From contig JAZSKU010000047.1 in the NCBI GenBank assembly GCA_045535005.1, positions 1-54,968 on the forward strand: DNA of 54,968 nucleotides. The letters are read 5' to 3'. The position numbers and the translations under genes were made by a program. The notes beneath the pieces were generated by a model. The model had not been told where the DNA came from. It worked only from the letters and a program-made list of their open reading frames with translations, and did not search any database. The DNA is from Bacilli bacterium. Its GTDB lineage: Bacteria > Bacillota_I > Bacilli_A > RF39 > UBA660. How positions within the stretch are numbered: the first letter of the stretch is position 1; every line of letters begins with the position of its first letter. Positions 54,344 through 54,968 of the stretch are shown in pieces.

Positions 54344-54345
54344 AG

Positions 54346-54430
54346 TGGTGCAGGTGAAGGGACTTGAACCCCCAAGGATTGCTCCGCTAGATCCTAAGTC
54401 TAGTGCGTTTGCCAATTTCGCCACACCTGC
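54346..54430 (-). tRNA. tRNA-Leu (anticodon TAG)
   Basis: 85-nt cloverleaf. Acceptor GCAGGTG/CACCTGC. Anticodon stem CTAGA/TCTAG with loop CTTAGGA. Long variable arm. T-loop TTCAAGT. Encoded CCA. Confidence 0.85.
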
Positions 54431-54441
54431 ATTTTATTAAG

Positions 54442-54518
54442 TGGTGGACCTTGTAGGACTCGAACCTACAACCGCCCGGTTATGAGCCGGATGCTCTAAC
54501 CAATTGAGCTAAAGGTCC
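54442..54518 (-). tRNA. tRNA with a CAT anticodon (elongator Met or lysidine-dependent Ile2; not the initiator)
   Basis: 77-nt cloverleaf. Acceptor GGACCTT/AAGGTCC with a paired 1:72 position. D-arm GCTC/GAGC. Anticodon loop CTCATAA. T-arm GTAGG-TTCGAGT-CCTAC. Encoded CCA. The GGACCTTTAGCTCA start resembles Firmicute tRNA-Ile2 as I recall it. Confidence 0.85.
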
Positions 54519-54529
54519 ACTGCCTTTTA

Positions 54530-54558
54530 ATAATAACATAAAAAAAATGGCTTTTCAA
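54530..54558 (-). promoter_or_regulatory. Sigma-A promoter of the tRNA pair
   Basis: Minus strand: TTGAAA, 17 nt, (TGT)TATTAT. Confidence 0.6.
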
Positions 54559-54637
54559 TAATTTTTTTTAAAAATTGTTTAATTTATCTAAAAATGTGAT
54601 ATATTATATATATAAATAAAATAGGACAGGTGAAAAA

Positions 54638-54968
54638 ATGACAATATTTCAATATAAGAAACAAGTATTAGAGTTTATTTTATGTATTGTAGCGTTATTT
54701 GTTATTTTATTTTTGGTTAAAACTTTTGTTACTTTTGGTCGTACTAATGACTATAGAGTTATAAGTACTTCTAATATAACTTTTGAGGATGAAAAGACAA
54801 ATATTAATTTTGCTTATCCTAGATTTAAGAGTGATAAAATTAATAAAATAGTAACAGATTATGTATATGAATATGTATTAGAATTTAAAGAATTTGATAC
54901 TTTATCTAAGGTTCTTGATGCTTCTTATGAATTATATTATTTTGAAGGGTATGTTAATATTGTATTTA
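54638..54968 (+). CDS. Membrane-anchored protein, 3'-truncated by the window end (possibly a DUF4163/RsiV-PdaC-like N-terminal region)
   Basis: ATG at 54638 after AGGACAGGTGA. TM helix FILCIVALFVILFLV. Open frame to the window end. Confidence 0.5.
   Translation, partial: MTIFQYKKQVLEFILCIVALFVILFLVKTFVTFGRTNDYRVISTSNITFEDEKTNINFAYPRFKSDKINKIVTDYVYEYVLEFKEFDTLSKVLDASYELYYFEGYVNIVF

Overview
This is an AT-rich chromosomal segment with strong AGGAGG-type ribosome-binding sites. TGA acts as a stop codon (mutL ends in TGA), so this is the standard code, not Mollicutes code 4. Gene content and order point to a low-GC Firmicute that can sporulate: mraZ-rsmH-ftsL-pbp2B, lepA, T-box-ileS, obg-yqeG-yqeH, mutL-miaA, rpsT, uvrC, dnaB(DnaD-type)-dnaI-T-box-thrS and murC, together with a SigK-like sigma factor and SpoIIP. 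Most of the window is housekeeping. Five parts stand out. (1) At 53.5-54.3 kb, next to two tRNA genes, a roughly 412-bp unit is tandemly duplicated. Each copy has a consensus promoter, a strong RBS, a 35-aa hydrophobic mini-ORF (below the ORF-track cutoff), and a convergent antisense promoter plus terminator. The mRNA 5' and 3' ends are also extensively complementary. I read this as two type I toxin-antitoxin-like modules of a family I do not recognise. (2) An anaerobic ribonucleotide reductase locus encodes a degenerate NrdD paralog, NrdG, an NrdD fused to a CxxC redoxin domain, and a TrxR-like flavoprotein with a degenerate NADPH 2'-phosphate motif. (3) Three stand-alone paralogs of an uncharacterised ~131-143-aa protein lie at 45.1-48.5 kb. 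(4) A Thr T-box leader runs first into an unknown 152-aa ORF and then into a ThrRS that lacks the TGS domain. (5) A PilC-like platform protein carries a ~190-aa membrane N-terminal extension and is paired only with a prepilin peptidase. I saw no rRNA, CRISPR array, transposase or integrase. All functional calls come from motif recognition by eye; no database search was run.
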